From Octopus sinensis (taxonomy: Eukaryota), in assembly GCF_006345805.1 (NCBI RefSeq), contig NC_043005.1, positions 38,254,001 through 38,318,000 on the forward strand: a DNA stretch of 64,000 nt, read 5' to 3'. Every line of letters starts with the position of its first letter. Positions within the stretch are counted from its first letter, which is position 1. This document shows, piece after piece, positions 40,922 through 51,396 of this stretch. The position numbers were made by a program, and so were the translations under genes. Below the pieces are notes generated by a model. It did not search any database. It was not told the DNA's origin and saw only the letters and a program-made list of their open reading frames with translations.

Positions 40922-41615
40922 TGTATATGTATGTCTGTGTCTTTCAAGATATAGACAATGTAACACAGACTTTAAAAAAACTTTCACTTTGAACAGAAGT
41001 AGAGGAAAAAAGTTGTTGTTGAGAGAGATAGATATACAGTAAGAGAAAGAGAGCACGAGAGAGAAAGCGTGTACATGTGTGTGTGAAACATAGATTGGTA
41101 GTGTTGTCACCATAGCAACTAACAAGTTTTGGTTAAAAAAACATGGAAATTTTAAGTGCAAGTCTGTCAACACAACACAGACTTCAAAAAAAGGCTATAT
41201 GTATATAAAACATAGCTATTTTTTAAAATTTGAATGTGTTTCTTTCTGTGTCTTTCAATATACAGATAGTACAACACAGACTTAGTAAAACACTTTCACT
41301 TAGAAAAATTGATAAAGGTACATGTATGGTTAACAAATATTTTTACTGGCAACATAGCGATGGGCAAGAACCTAGTATATGTAATATATAGCAATTTCAT
41401 AAAATTAATTGAGATTATCCACGTCATTAGAAGACAGAAGCTCCGCATGAGAAATGACAAATAATATCAATAAATAGCAATTAAAAAATGCTGTATGGGA
41501 GAGGATCTGGCCTTGGAACCAATTGAGGAAATCAATGAACATGTTTTAAGAATATTACATCTCATCGAAGCATTCCCTTAGCAAAGCTCAGAATTACACA
41601 CACACACACACACAC

Positions 41616-42485
41616 ATGGGTAAATTGTCGCCATTTTTTTATTTCTGATTTTGCACATCTGCATTGTTTGTTTTTGAGTTTGTCAACCAGACAGTATAGT
41701 AGGGTCAGTTGGGCACTGTCTGTGAGAAAAATAGCACAATGCCACAATTCACTCTACCAGAAATTTGGAAACAACATACTGTACTGCTTGGCATTCATGG
41801 CGGAAGCTCCAATACGAACATTCCAGTGTGTTTGGGTGTCAATCTGGTGACAATGAAATCTGAGGACACGTACTGAATGTGATAAAAATCAAATATCCAG
41901 TCAACATCATGGTGATTGGAGTGATCCCTAGTAATGATGACTTTATGCCTCCATTCCTCTTCCCACAAGGCCTCAGATTCAACACAGAGTGTCTGAAGGA
42001 GGTGCTGCTGTCGTGGGTGAAGATGGTGGCTGCTGGAAGACCCTAGGTCTGGTAACAGGCCTCTACACCTTGGCACACAAGCAGAAGAACCCAGTCATGG
42101 CTGTCGGACAATTTCTGTGATCACATCAACCCCTAACATCTTGCCACCTAACTCCCCAGACTGCAACCCCTTAATAATTATGTGTGGGGTGCAGTTGAGC
42201 AAGAGACCAACAAAACTCATCATAATACCAAAGATGAAGTGAAGGCAAGGATTATGGCACCATTCACCAACTTAAACAAGGAGATTGCCCAGAAGAGTTG
42301 CATGAGATTCCGAAGTCGTCTGGAGGCCATAGTCGAAGCCAATGGCAATTTTATTGAATAAATTTACTCTTTAATATTTCAAGAAATTTTTACATAATTT
42401 TAGTAAATATAACTGTTAAAATGAGTTGTCAGTGTTATTTTCATTTTTGCATAATTTAGATGACAGTTAATTCACCGGACCCTGT
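41616..42485 (+). mobile_element. Tc1/mariner relic of DD37D (maT-like) type, internally deleted
   Basis: Remnant W-Q(D>A)STPWHTSRRTQSWLSDNFCDHI/PNILPPNSPDCNPL(D>N)NYVWGAVEQETNK...CMRFRSRLEAIVEANGNFIE-stop. After repairing one frameshift, the spacing between the second and third catalytic positions is 37. The right end is ...ttcaccggaccctg; the left TIR is degraded. Confidence 0.75.
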
Positions 42486-42489
42486 GGCG

Positions 42490-42660
42490 ATTTTTTTTCT
42501 CTGTCTTCCCTTCTCTGGATCTTTCCTTCTCCTATGTTTCCGACGAAGAGCTCCGCTCGAAACGTTAAACCCTCCTTCTTTCCTGAGCGTCCAATAATAT
42601 TATATTTGTTCCACGTCCTCGCATTGTGTTTTTTTGTGCTTTCTTGTTTGGATTAACTGT
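42490..42660 (+). mobile_element. Penelope-like pseudo-LTR fragment with minimal hammerhead-like motif
   Basis: gttt-CCGACGA-a-gagc-tcc-gctc-GAAAC-GTTA-aac at 42536-42570, ending in a (TG)n microsatellite. Confidence 0.6.
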
Positions 42661-42676
42661 GTGTGTGTGTGTGTGT

Positions 42677-42712
<36 letters not shown>

Positions 42713-43365
42713 AACTAAATTCAAATCCAATATGGTATTTAAATACCACATACTATAAACAGAGCCATCACTCCAAAACCACCAGTTGCTCACTATTAAA
42801 ATACACATGGCCAAACCAATAAACATAACAGAAACAGGCTTACTTTTCGTGGAATACTGAAGTAAGGAATGTATATATTTCAGGATCAATTAATTTCACT
42901 TTCTGTATGAAAAATCATACGTTAAGTGCATCCGCTGAAAATAACACTGTTACATCTATTTCTAAGATATTCATCACATTATGCCATGTATATTGTTTAC
43001 TTTTGAATGTCCCCGCGACATTCAAAATGGATTTCTCATGAGCCAGTATAAACTTATAGACTGAGAGTCAGTCTTGATTTGATTAGACTTGAAACTCCAA
43101 AATACTGGCAAGGCACAATATGTGTACAAATGGTCCTAATTCCATGAAATGTGATTCTTAAGTATGCTTAGGTATGGATTAACTAATTATGAGATGGATA
43201 ATCAACTTGCGTAAATAACTAATTTAATTAGACTTTAAGCTCCAGTAATGAATTACATTGACTATTACTCCTTAGACACAAGTGATACTTAAATGAAAAC
43301 TTAAGAAAAAACTAGTATGGAAAGACAAATTAAGAAGTTTTAATTAGACAATTAGGAATTAATTA

Positions 43366-43813
43366 GACTTTCTTCTCCAGCGTCAATTACTTCGCAGAAA
43401 TGTTCACTAAACTCAACTGAATCTATTCATGTCACTTAAGAACCATTTTAGGCTTGGATTTCTAATTTAAGAAGCATGTTCTACTAATCACTATACACTA
43501 ATTAAGGAGAAATATACAGAAACACTGGTTTCAAGCTACGACATGAATGCAACATAGAAACATACCTTAGACCCATTTAACATGAAGGGAAGAAATTAAG
43601 AAACATCCCAGGTATTGGAAGACAATAAGAAACCTTTTAATTAGATCGTTAATAAGGTCTTAATTAGACTTTCTGCTCCGGTGTAAATTCCTTCTCATAA
43701 ATATTGGGTTCATCAAATCATAGTATATAATCATAGTATGTAAGAATCATTATAGGTATGGATTCCTAATTTAAGAAGCATTTTGGCTAATTAACACATC
43801 CTCTTCATTGAAT
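43366..43813 (+). repeat. Left arm of the long inverted repeat of the Academ element
   Basis: For example caattacttcgcagaaatgttcact...aactgaatctattcatgtcacttaagaaccattttagg is the reverse complement of sequence at about 48186-48254; similarity runs colinearly with small indels. Confidence 0.9.
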
Positions 43814-43889
43814 TGTACTGGGGGTTTTGGCAAGCAAACCTCCTGTACAATTCATCGTACTGAGGCTGCTAGTTAGGATGCCTTATTTG

Positions 43890-46800
43890 TCGTTACGCAA
43901 GGAGCAATCAAACCCAGCAAACACATTGCAATGGGTATGGGTATAAAATCCATGACAGTCAGCAGAAAGGAGGTCACCCTCTTGAACCATTATGGCTAGA
44001 GCATCAATTATCATTGCGCAGAGGAACTGAGTTGACCTTTGCCCACAATGAGAAGCAGACCATCATCCCCGAGGGCGTACAACCAAACCGAGTAATGAGG
44101 AATGCCTACGATAATTATGACGAACTCGCCTGCACTCTATCAGGTGCAAATTCCTTACACGATACGACGGGCATCCTTTACCAAAACGAAGATGAAACAG
44201 ATCGAGGACGGCGTGATGCATCAGAATGGATAGTCCCGACTCCTTGGGAGAAACCAGAGAAAAGGAGAAAGTTGGATACAGACGATTCTGCACTTCTGCC
44301 CTACAAGAAGACCGCAAGAGTGAAATCGTTTTGTTACAGTAAGACAAACGTGTGGGACAGGCCCGTTGCGACACTGCTGAAAGCTCGCAAGGCAGATTAC
44401 GTGTTCATGATGAGCCACTCCTTCAAAATAGATGGAACGCCAATGTGGGGTGCATTCAATGCCAGGTATCGCACGAACACAATTCCAAGACAGAAGATCT
44501 TCTAAATGCCTAACATCAGTCATTCTCCGACGAGTTTGGATGTTGTGGGTGAAACTCCACGATTGACACAGAAGTGCGCCCTGGAATGTAATCAACAGTA
44601 TGGTCTCGTGACATACGATTTCGCAATAGCGAAACCTGCCATCAGAATCCAAGACACCGAAAGTCCGACCTTCGACAAAGTATTCAGAATGTTCGGCCAA
44701 TTTCATCTCCAGATGTGCAGTTTCAAGGCAATTGGCAAACTATTGGCCGCGTCAGGTGGCCCAAGAATCCTTACAGAGTGCGACAACGTACTTTCCCCTG
44801 GATCGCTGAAGGGATTCGAGTCTGGCACTCATTTCAACAGATGTAAGCAGCTGCATCCAACCATGATACACACACACTTCAAAGCATTCCTTCAAAGCTA
44901 TGAAACTGACGACATCGAAGTCCAGCTTGCGGTGGAAGAGGCACTCGGTACCCCAACTTGCGCTGTTACTTCCGATCTGTTGGAGAAAGTCATCTCTGAT
45001 TACATAAAATTTTCGGAAGAGATAAAGAACGGAGCTCGAGAACCTACCGCTCAATTCTGGATGGATTACATCGAAAGAATGCACGATTATCATGTACTCG
45101 ATCATGCCATTAGAACAAACGATGTTGACTTGTTCATAGACGCTTTCGCTCCGATCATCTCTCTGCTGTTCGCAACCGATCGACAGAACTACGCTAGGTA
45201 TATGATGAAGTACCAGATAGGTCTTATGAATATAGATGAGACACACCCTGGATTATTAAGAGGCTTGCTTAATCATGATAGGTTCACTATTTGTAGAACC
45301 AGTAATTCGTTCTCAAGGTGTCCTATCGATCTAACACTGGAACAGACAATCAATGCTGATGCTGCTTCTCGGCTCATAGGGTTGTCAGCTATGACGAACA
45401 ACTATATAGCCAGACTCCGTTGGATGTTCACCAAGTCATCTCGGGCTGCTATTGTCACTGATCTGATGGAGATGGCAGGGATGGGCACCACAGAATCAAA
45501 TGTAGCTGATCAACGACCGGCAAGAGTCAAGCGAGGCCGATCAGATTTGGAAAAAGTGATCGCGCAGATAGAAAAGTCCTGTAACCCTTTCACCCTTATG
45601 AACACGACTGACATACACACGGGAAAGGCATGCAGTGAAAACGTGAAGAGAAGTCTGCTCGAAGTTCGAGCAACTGGCAAAAACATGCACGAAACATTCG
45701 TTGCGGAATGCGTCGAAAACCCAGCACTATTCGAAAAGCCACTGAGAAAGATAAAGATTAAAACCTTCGCAAGTGATAGCGTTGGAAATCGGCGATCAAA
45801 GAACAAAAGATTACAACGAATGAAATGCACATGTGACTTGATGGGTAGGATGTTGATCATCTCAGCGAAAGAGAAATTGGACCTCAAGCATGTTCTCACA
45901 TACCCAATTACGCCTGTTCCGTTGGCACTCTGTTGCAGCGACGGTAAAATGACGAAAACCGATAAAAGCAAGTTGTTCAGCTATCTCGAGAGCCACGCAA
46001 TGGAAGTTCATCATCCAAGCATCCAAACACCTGTGATCGATGGGAACTTTTTGTTACACGTCATGCCATCCAAATTACCAAAGACATTCAGTGGATTGGC
46101 CTGGACAATCCTTGGCTTATGTGAAGCAACAGGTCGCCAACGTGTTGACATTGTGTACGACACACAACGGTCACCTTCCATCAAAGATGCTGAACGTGGA
46201 CACAGAGGTGCAACATAGATTACCTTCACCATAGTGGGACCAGACCAGGTAACACCCAAGTTTTCCGAGGCAATGCAGTCCAGATCATTCAAATCGCAGC
46301 TTCCCCAGTTCCTTGCTCAAGAGTGGGAGAAAGACGAATACTCGTCGATTCTGGGTACTCGATCAATGTACGTCAGTGCTGGGGGTACCGTAATAATAAA
46401 GTTGTCATGATTCGAGAGAGAGCTCCAGAACTGGACTGCAACCATGACGAGGGAGATACACGAGTGGTTCCTCATGTACTGCACATGGCACATGACTCTG
46501 AAGAAATTATCATCCGTGCGTCTGATACCGATATCGCTGTAATCATGCTATGTCATCTCGAGAAAGTGAAGGCCACAGTATGGATGGAAGTGGGAACGAG
46601 CTGCCAGAACACTCGATGGTAAGTCAACCTGTCGCAGATAGCAGCATCGATTGGCCCTCTCATGTGCAAAGCTCTGCCTGGATTTTACACATTTACAGGC
46701 TGTGGCTACACATCTTTTGACAGGCAAGGAAAGATACGGCCTCTTCAAATCCTTGAGCAGAACACAGAATTCCAGTATGCATTTGCCAAGCTAGGCGATG

Positions 46801-47250
46801 CTGACCCAGACCTGGAAACATTCATCATTATAGAAAAATATACCTGTCGCATATATCGCCAAATAAGCTGTACCAGAAACAACGACACTCGTTACGCAGT
46901 CTTCGAGAAAGCATTCTCCCCCATGCGTTAAAGCAAAAGATCCACTCGAGAAACTGAAGGGAATCGACGCAAGCAGTCTACCATCGTGCCACAATGAACG
47001 TTTGCAACAATACCAACGTGTAAGATTCGTTGCGAACTTGTGGAGAAATGTCGGACAATTGTTACTTGAACAACAACTGCAGTATGGATGGGAACTGATC
47101 GATAACGAATGCACGATCATCTGGTTCCAAGGCGAGCAACTACCTGCCAGTCTGACAGAGAAGAGACCAGCATCACTGCCCATTGACGAGGAAGATACCA
47201 AGTTGACCGTATCCTCTGGCGACGAGCAGTCAGACTCCGGTACAGAATAG
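43890..47250 (+). pseudogene. Disrupted Academ-type transposase/XPG ORF lacking its N-terminus
   Basis: Track ORFs 44014-44505 and 44506-46218 are one frame separated by a single TAA, and sensible coding continues past the TAG at 46216-46218. ORFs 46323-46622 and 46662-46931 are one frame separated by TAA. Frameshifts lie near 44030, 46385 and 46930. Confidence 0.8.
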
Positions 47251-47855
47251 AATACACACGGCAGCCGTTTGGATAATGGGGCATCATGTACCAACACCTC
47301 TACTCTTTGGTGTAGATATATTGATAGATTAAAAATGCCATGGCGTAAGTGTCGTTTCGAGGCAGTACGAGAATTTGAATATCTAGCGTTAAGTATTTAC
47401 ATATTTGATCATCATATAAAATTTTGTTAATTCCAACAATGCGAGTAAGGGGTTTCGATGTCACTATTATACTTTCACTCCAGTCTTGCTTTGTAAGCCG
47501 CGGTTTTGTCAACAGGCCAAAGTTGCGACATGGTACGTAAACGTTTCAATTCTTTGTTGGTTTCTAATAGCCAGTTTGCATTTATGAGACATTTTTGTCC
47601 AAGGGGCAAGTTGCCCTTTGTTGTAGTTTTATTCCATTTTTTGTTTGTAACAGTCAGTTTCTATTTTTGTCAAGTTTCTGACGGGACAAGTCACGTTCAA
47701 GAGAAAACTTACTGCTTTAAAAATTAATTTCATTCGAATGAACGAAAGCTACATGCATTATATGTTGACAGAAGTCAGTATCAGTAATGGAGGAAGGATT
47801 CCGATGCCATGCAATGGAAAATCAACATTTTTTCAGTTAAAGGTGTTTTTCCATA

Positions 47856-48272
47856 TTCAATAGAGGAGGATAAGTTTATTAGTCAAAATGCTTCTTAAAT
47901 TAGGGATCCATACCTATCATTCTTACATAATATGATTATATTCAGTTTGACGAGCCGAATATTTTTGTGAAAGAATTTACACCGGAGCATAAAGTCTAAT
48001 TAACGATCTAATTAAAGATTTCCTAATGTCTTCCAATACCTGGGACGTTTCTTAATTTCTTCCTTCCATGTCAACTGGATCTAAGACATGTTTCTATGTT
48101 GCATTCATCACGGTGTTTCTGCATGTCTCTTCTTAATTAGTGTATAGTGATTAGTAGAAAATGCATCTTAAATTAAAAATCCATACCTAAAATGGTTCTT
48201 AAGTGACATGAATAGATTCAGTTGGGTTCAGTGAACATTTCTGCGAAGTAATTGTCGCTGGAGCAGAAAGTC
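47856..48272 (-). repeat. Right arm of the long inverted repeat of the Academ element
   Basis: Reverse complement of 43366-43813; similarity stops abruptly at ...gagcagaaagtc (48272). Confidence 0.9.
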
Positions 48273-48947
48273 AAATGAAAAATAAAAAAACATTTACCCA
48301 ATTTTTTTTATTTTTCATTCCCTTTCAGAATTACAGCTATTAGTGGTTTGTAGTTTACCTACTCTTTCCAGCGAGTCAAATGTCCTGTTATGACCATCTT
48401 TTATGTGTTTAAATGTACACTGTATTTTTATATGAATAATATATAGTCTATTGACTAATTTTTCCTTCTTGCTAGACCACTGGTAGTAAAGAATTTTTCT
48501 AAAATTTATTTGCTAAACCTATGATTTACTAATTAATGATAAAAAATTTTTTGGCTAGTTTTCAAAGAAAATCGGCACTTGCTTGTATTTACTGCCAAAA
48601 AACCGCGTGTGCGATGGATTTTGAAAAATTATAACATATAAACACAAGGCATGTTCTTTATCACCTCGTATCTATATGTTAGCCTTGGCTTCCTGCTGAA
48701 GAGGACAACGCCAATTGTAAATTAATATTATTTTATTTTATTTTATTTTATTTACAAAAGATTGCCTGAAACTATGCATAGTCCAGGAAAAATACGGTAA
48801 ATGTTTATTTTTTTTTCATTCCCTTTCAGAATTACAACTATTAGTGGTTTGTAGTTTAACAACTCTTTGTAGCGAGTCAGATGTCCTATTATGGCCATCT
48901 CTTATGTGTTTAAATGTACACTGTATGTGTATATATATATATATGTA

Positions 48948-49140
48948 TAGGGAGAATTCACAAAAAAACAAAAGATGAAGACAGATGGTATAGACAACAT
49001 ACAGATGTATTAGTTTAACACTCGGGAAGTGAAAAAGTCTTTAATGTTTCGAGCCTATCCGCTTCCACAGAAAGGAACACAGAAAGAAACAAGGAGAGAA
49101 AATAAAGAATGTGTAGTGACTAGTGATCTATCATGGTGAA
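48948..49140 (-). mobile_element. Related Penelope-like pseudo-LTR fragment with degenerate hammerhead-like motif
   Basis: Minus-strand cttt-CTGTGGA-agcggataggctc-GAAAC-ATTA-aag at about 49039-49074, with the same layout as 42490-42660, between microsatellites. Confidence 0.5.
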
Positions 49141-49194
49141 TGATACACACACACACACACACACACACCACACACACACACACATATATATATA

Positions 49195-49245
49195 CATATA
49201 TATATGTACATATATATATAATATTATATATATATTATATGATAC

Positions 49246-49290
<45 letters not shown>

Positions 49291-49560
49291 TATATGATAC
49301 ATATATATATACATATAAATATATATATATCATATATATATTATATGATACATATATATTATATATATATATTATATGATACATATATATATACATACAT
49401 ATATATATATATATATATGATACATATATATATACACATACATATATATATATATATATATTATATGATACATATATATATACATACATATATACATACA
49501 TATATATATATATTATATATATTATATGATACATATATATATACATATATATATATATAT
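49195..49560. repeat. AT-rich compound minisatellite
   Basis: The motif tattatatgatacatatatata recurs many times, separated by variable (TA)n. Confidence 0.9.
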
Positions 49561-49562
49561 AC

Positions 49563-49934
49563 ACTCTTTTACTTGTTTCAGTCATTTGACTACGGCTATG
49601 CTGGAGCACTGCCTTTAGTCGAGCAAATCGACTCCAGGACTTATTCTTTGTAAGCCTAATACTTATTCTATCGTCTCTTTTGCCGAACCGCTAAGTTACA
49701 GAGACGTAAACACACCAGCATCGGTTGTCAAGTGATGTTGGGGGGACAAACACAGACACACAAATACACACATATATATACATATACATATATACAACGA
49801 GCTTCTTTCAGTTTCCATCCACCAAATCCACTCACAAGGCTTTGGTCGGCCCGTGGCTATAGTAGAAAACACTTGCCCAAGGTGCCGTGCAGTGGGACTG
49901 AACCTGGAACCATGTGGTTGGTAAGCAAGCTACT
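49563..49934 (-). mobile_element. tRNA-derived SINE (family A head), well preserved
   Basis: ccaaggtgccgtgcagtgggactgaacctggaaccatgtggttggtaagcaagc is the reverse complement of the family A head. The body and tail are shared with 23203-23505. Confidence 0.85.
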
Positions 49935-50320
49935 TTATTTCATTAAGATTGACCATAAAGGCATTACAAAGAGCAGCTTGCGGGATGGACATATACATTG
50001 ACGAGATGAATGATGAAATAAGGATGATATTGATGAGAGAAGGCATCTATTTACAAGCTTTTTAATCCCATCAATGTAAAACGCTTTTGGTTTCAAAGTA
50101 AAGAATTCTAAAATGTAAGTTTCGACCTCGTCCTGGTTTGCAAAAGTTATGACCCCCAAATGATTCTGTAAACTACAAAACAAATGGTAGTCTGAAGGAG
50201 CAAGGTTGGGAGAATAAGGTGGATGAGGAATATTTTCCCAACCAAGCTCTTCGATCTTCTGTGATGTGATCTTTGCAGTGTGGGGTCACGCATTGTCCTG
50301 ATGAAACATCACTCCTTTTT
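49935..50320 (-). mobile_element. Mariner transposase 3' fragment
   Basis: Minus-strand HQDNA-PHTAKITSQKIEELGWENIPHPPYSPNLAPSDYHLFCSLQNHL...IDGIKKLVNR. Confidence 0.85.
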
Positions 50321-50356
50321 TTGATTCAATAGTCTACATCATCAGATGTGAATTCA

Positions 50357-50393
<37 letters not shown>

Positions 50394-50394
50394 T

Positions 50395-50590
50395 TTGCAA
50401 TATCTCCATTGTTTAAAACTTTGGCATTGTAGATTAGGTTTCCAGGAGGTCCTTATTATCCAATGGATATTGTGATCTGTTTCTAAAATTACAATCTTGT
50501 TGGGTTGGGTTTACAAATTTAAATAAGTGTTTCTTTTACTGTGATTCAATATCTGTGACCTTTTATTACTGAGACACCTATAACTAACCT
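50395..50590 (-). mobile_element. Short Penelope-like endonuclease-region fragment
   Basis: Minus-strand CNFRNRSQYPLDNK / GNLIYNAKV resembles the C-x-C...CPL..KC....LIY region preceding GIY-YIG in Penelope-like elements. Confidence 0.45.
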
Positions 50591-51010
50591 TCACGTTCAG
50601 TTCCACTATGTGGCACATTGGACAAGCATCTTCTACTACAGCCCCAGGCCAACCAAAGCCTTGTGAGTGGATTTAGTAAATGGAAAATGAAAGAAGTCAG
50701 TTGTGTGTGTGTACGTGTGTGTATGTGTAAAATATATATATATATATATACACACACACGTATGTGTGTGTATTTGTGTGTTTGTGTCTCCTTTGTCTAA
50801 CATCACTTGATAGTTGTAAAATGATTGTCACTGTCATACAAGCAATGTCATTCATTTCAAATATTCTGTAAGTATATGTTTGCCCATAGAGAAATATTAA
50901 CTGGCTTGGAAACAGGTGAGGGTTGGTGACAGGATTGGCATGTGCTTGTAGAAAATTTACTCCAGCAAACCCTCATTTAATCCATGCACGCAATAAAAAG
51001 GGGCATTTAA
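50590..51010 (+). mobile_element. SINE family A copy
   Basis: gttcagttccactatgtggcacattggacaagcatcttctactacagccccaggccaaccaaagccttgtgagtggattt, with a body colinear to 19273-19626. Confidence 0.75.
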
Positions 51011-51337
51011 GTTATGAAAAATATATAAATACACACATACTTATACATATACATATATATATATATATAAACATAATGATAAACATAAACATAACGATAA
51101 CTCTATTCAACATAAACATAACGTCGCAAGAAATTTGAAAAGCTACATGCGAAACCGGTCTTTCTTTTAAATTATGTCATTATAAGAGAAAAAAATTTCT
51201 TTTTTAATTTTCTAATATTCTTCAGACATATTGACGCAAATATATATATTTTTTAACATTTAAGCCTTCTGTAGTTTTTTCACTCTTTACTATTTTCTAT
51301 ATATTCACGCACGTGCTTTCACAAACCAACTTTCTTA

Positions 51338-51396
<59 letters not shown>

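Larger units (their letters stand above)
43075..48272 (+). mobile_element. Academ-superfamily (AcademX, XPG-nuclease type) DNA transposon, internally deleted, right end truncated
   Basis: Long inverted repeats (about 43366-43813 vs 47856-48272) flank a disrupted transposase-like ORF. Motifs include KPSKHIAMGMGIKSMT...LNHYG, HDTTGILYQ, VTYDFAIAKPA, MFGQFHLQM, RQNYARY, DLTLEQTIN, HDEGDTR, ASDTDI, LPGFYTFTGC(D>G)YTSF...GK (XPG/H3TH-like) and a C-terminal GW...W. The left outer boundary is uncertain. Confidence 0.75.

Noticed and set aside
43075-43813. CRISPR-like repeat-spacer array
   Set aside because: Units are about 140-150 bp, diverged along their whole length and mirrored in the opposite inverted repeat; the context is eukaryotic with no cas genes.
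44506-46218. 570-aa ORF as a host or domesticated gene
   Set aside because: It is one piece of a longer frame broken by stops and frameshifts and lies between long inverted repeats, so it is a transposase pseudogene.
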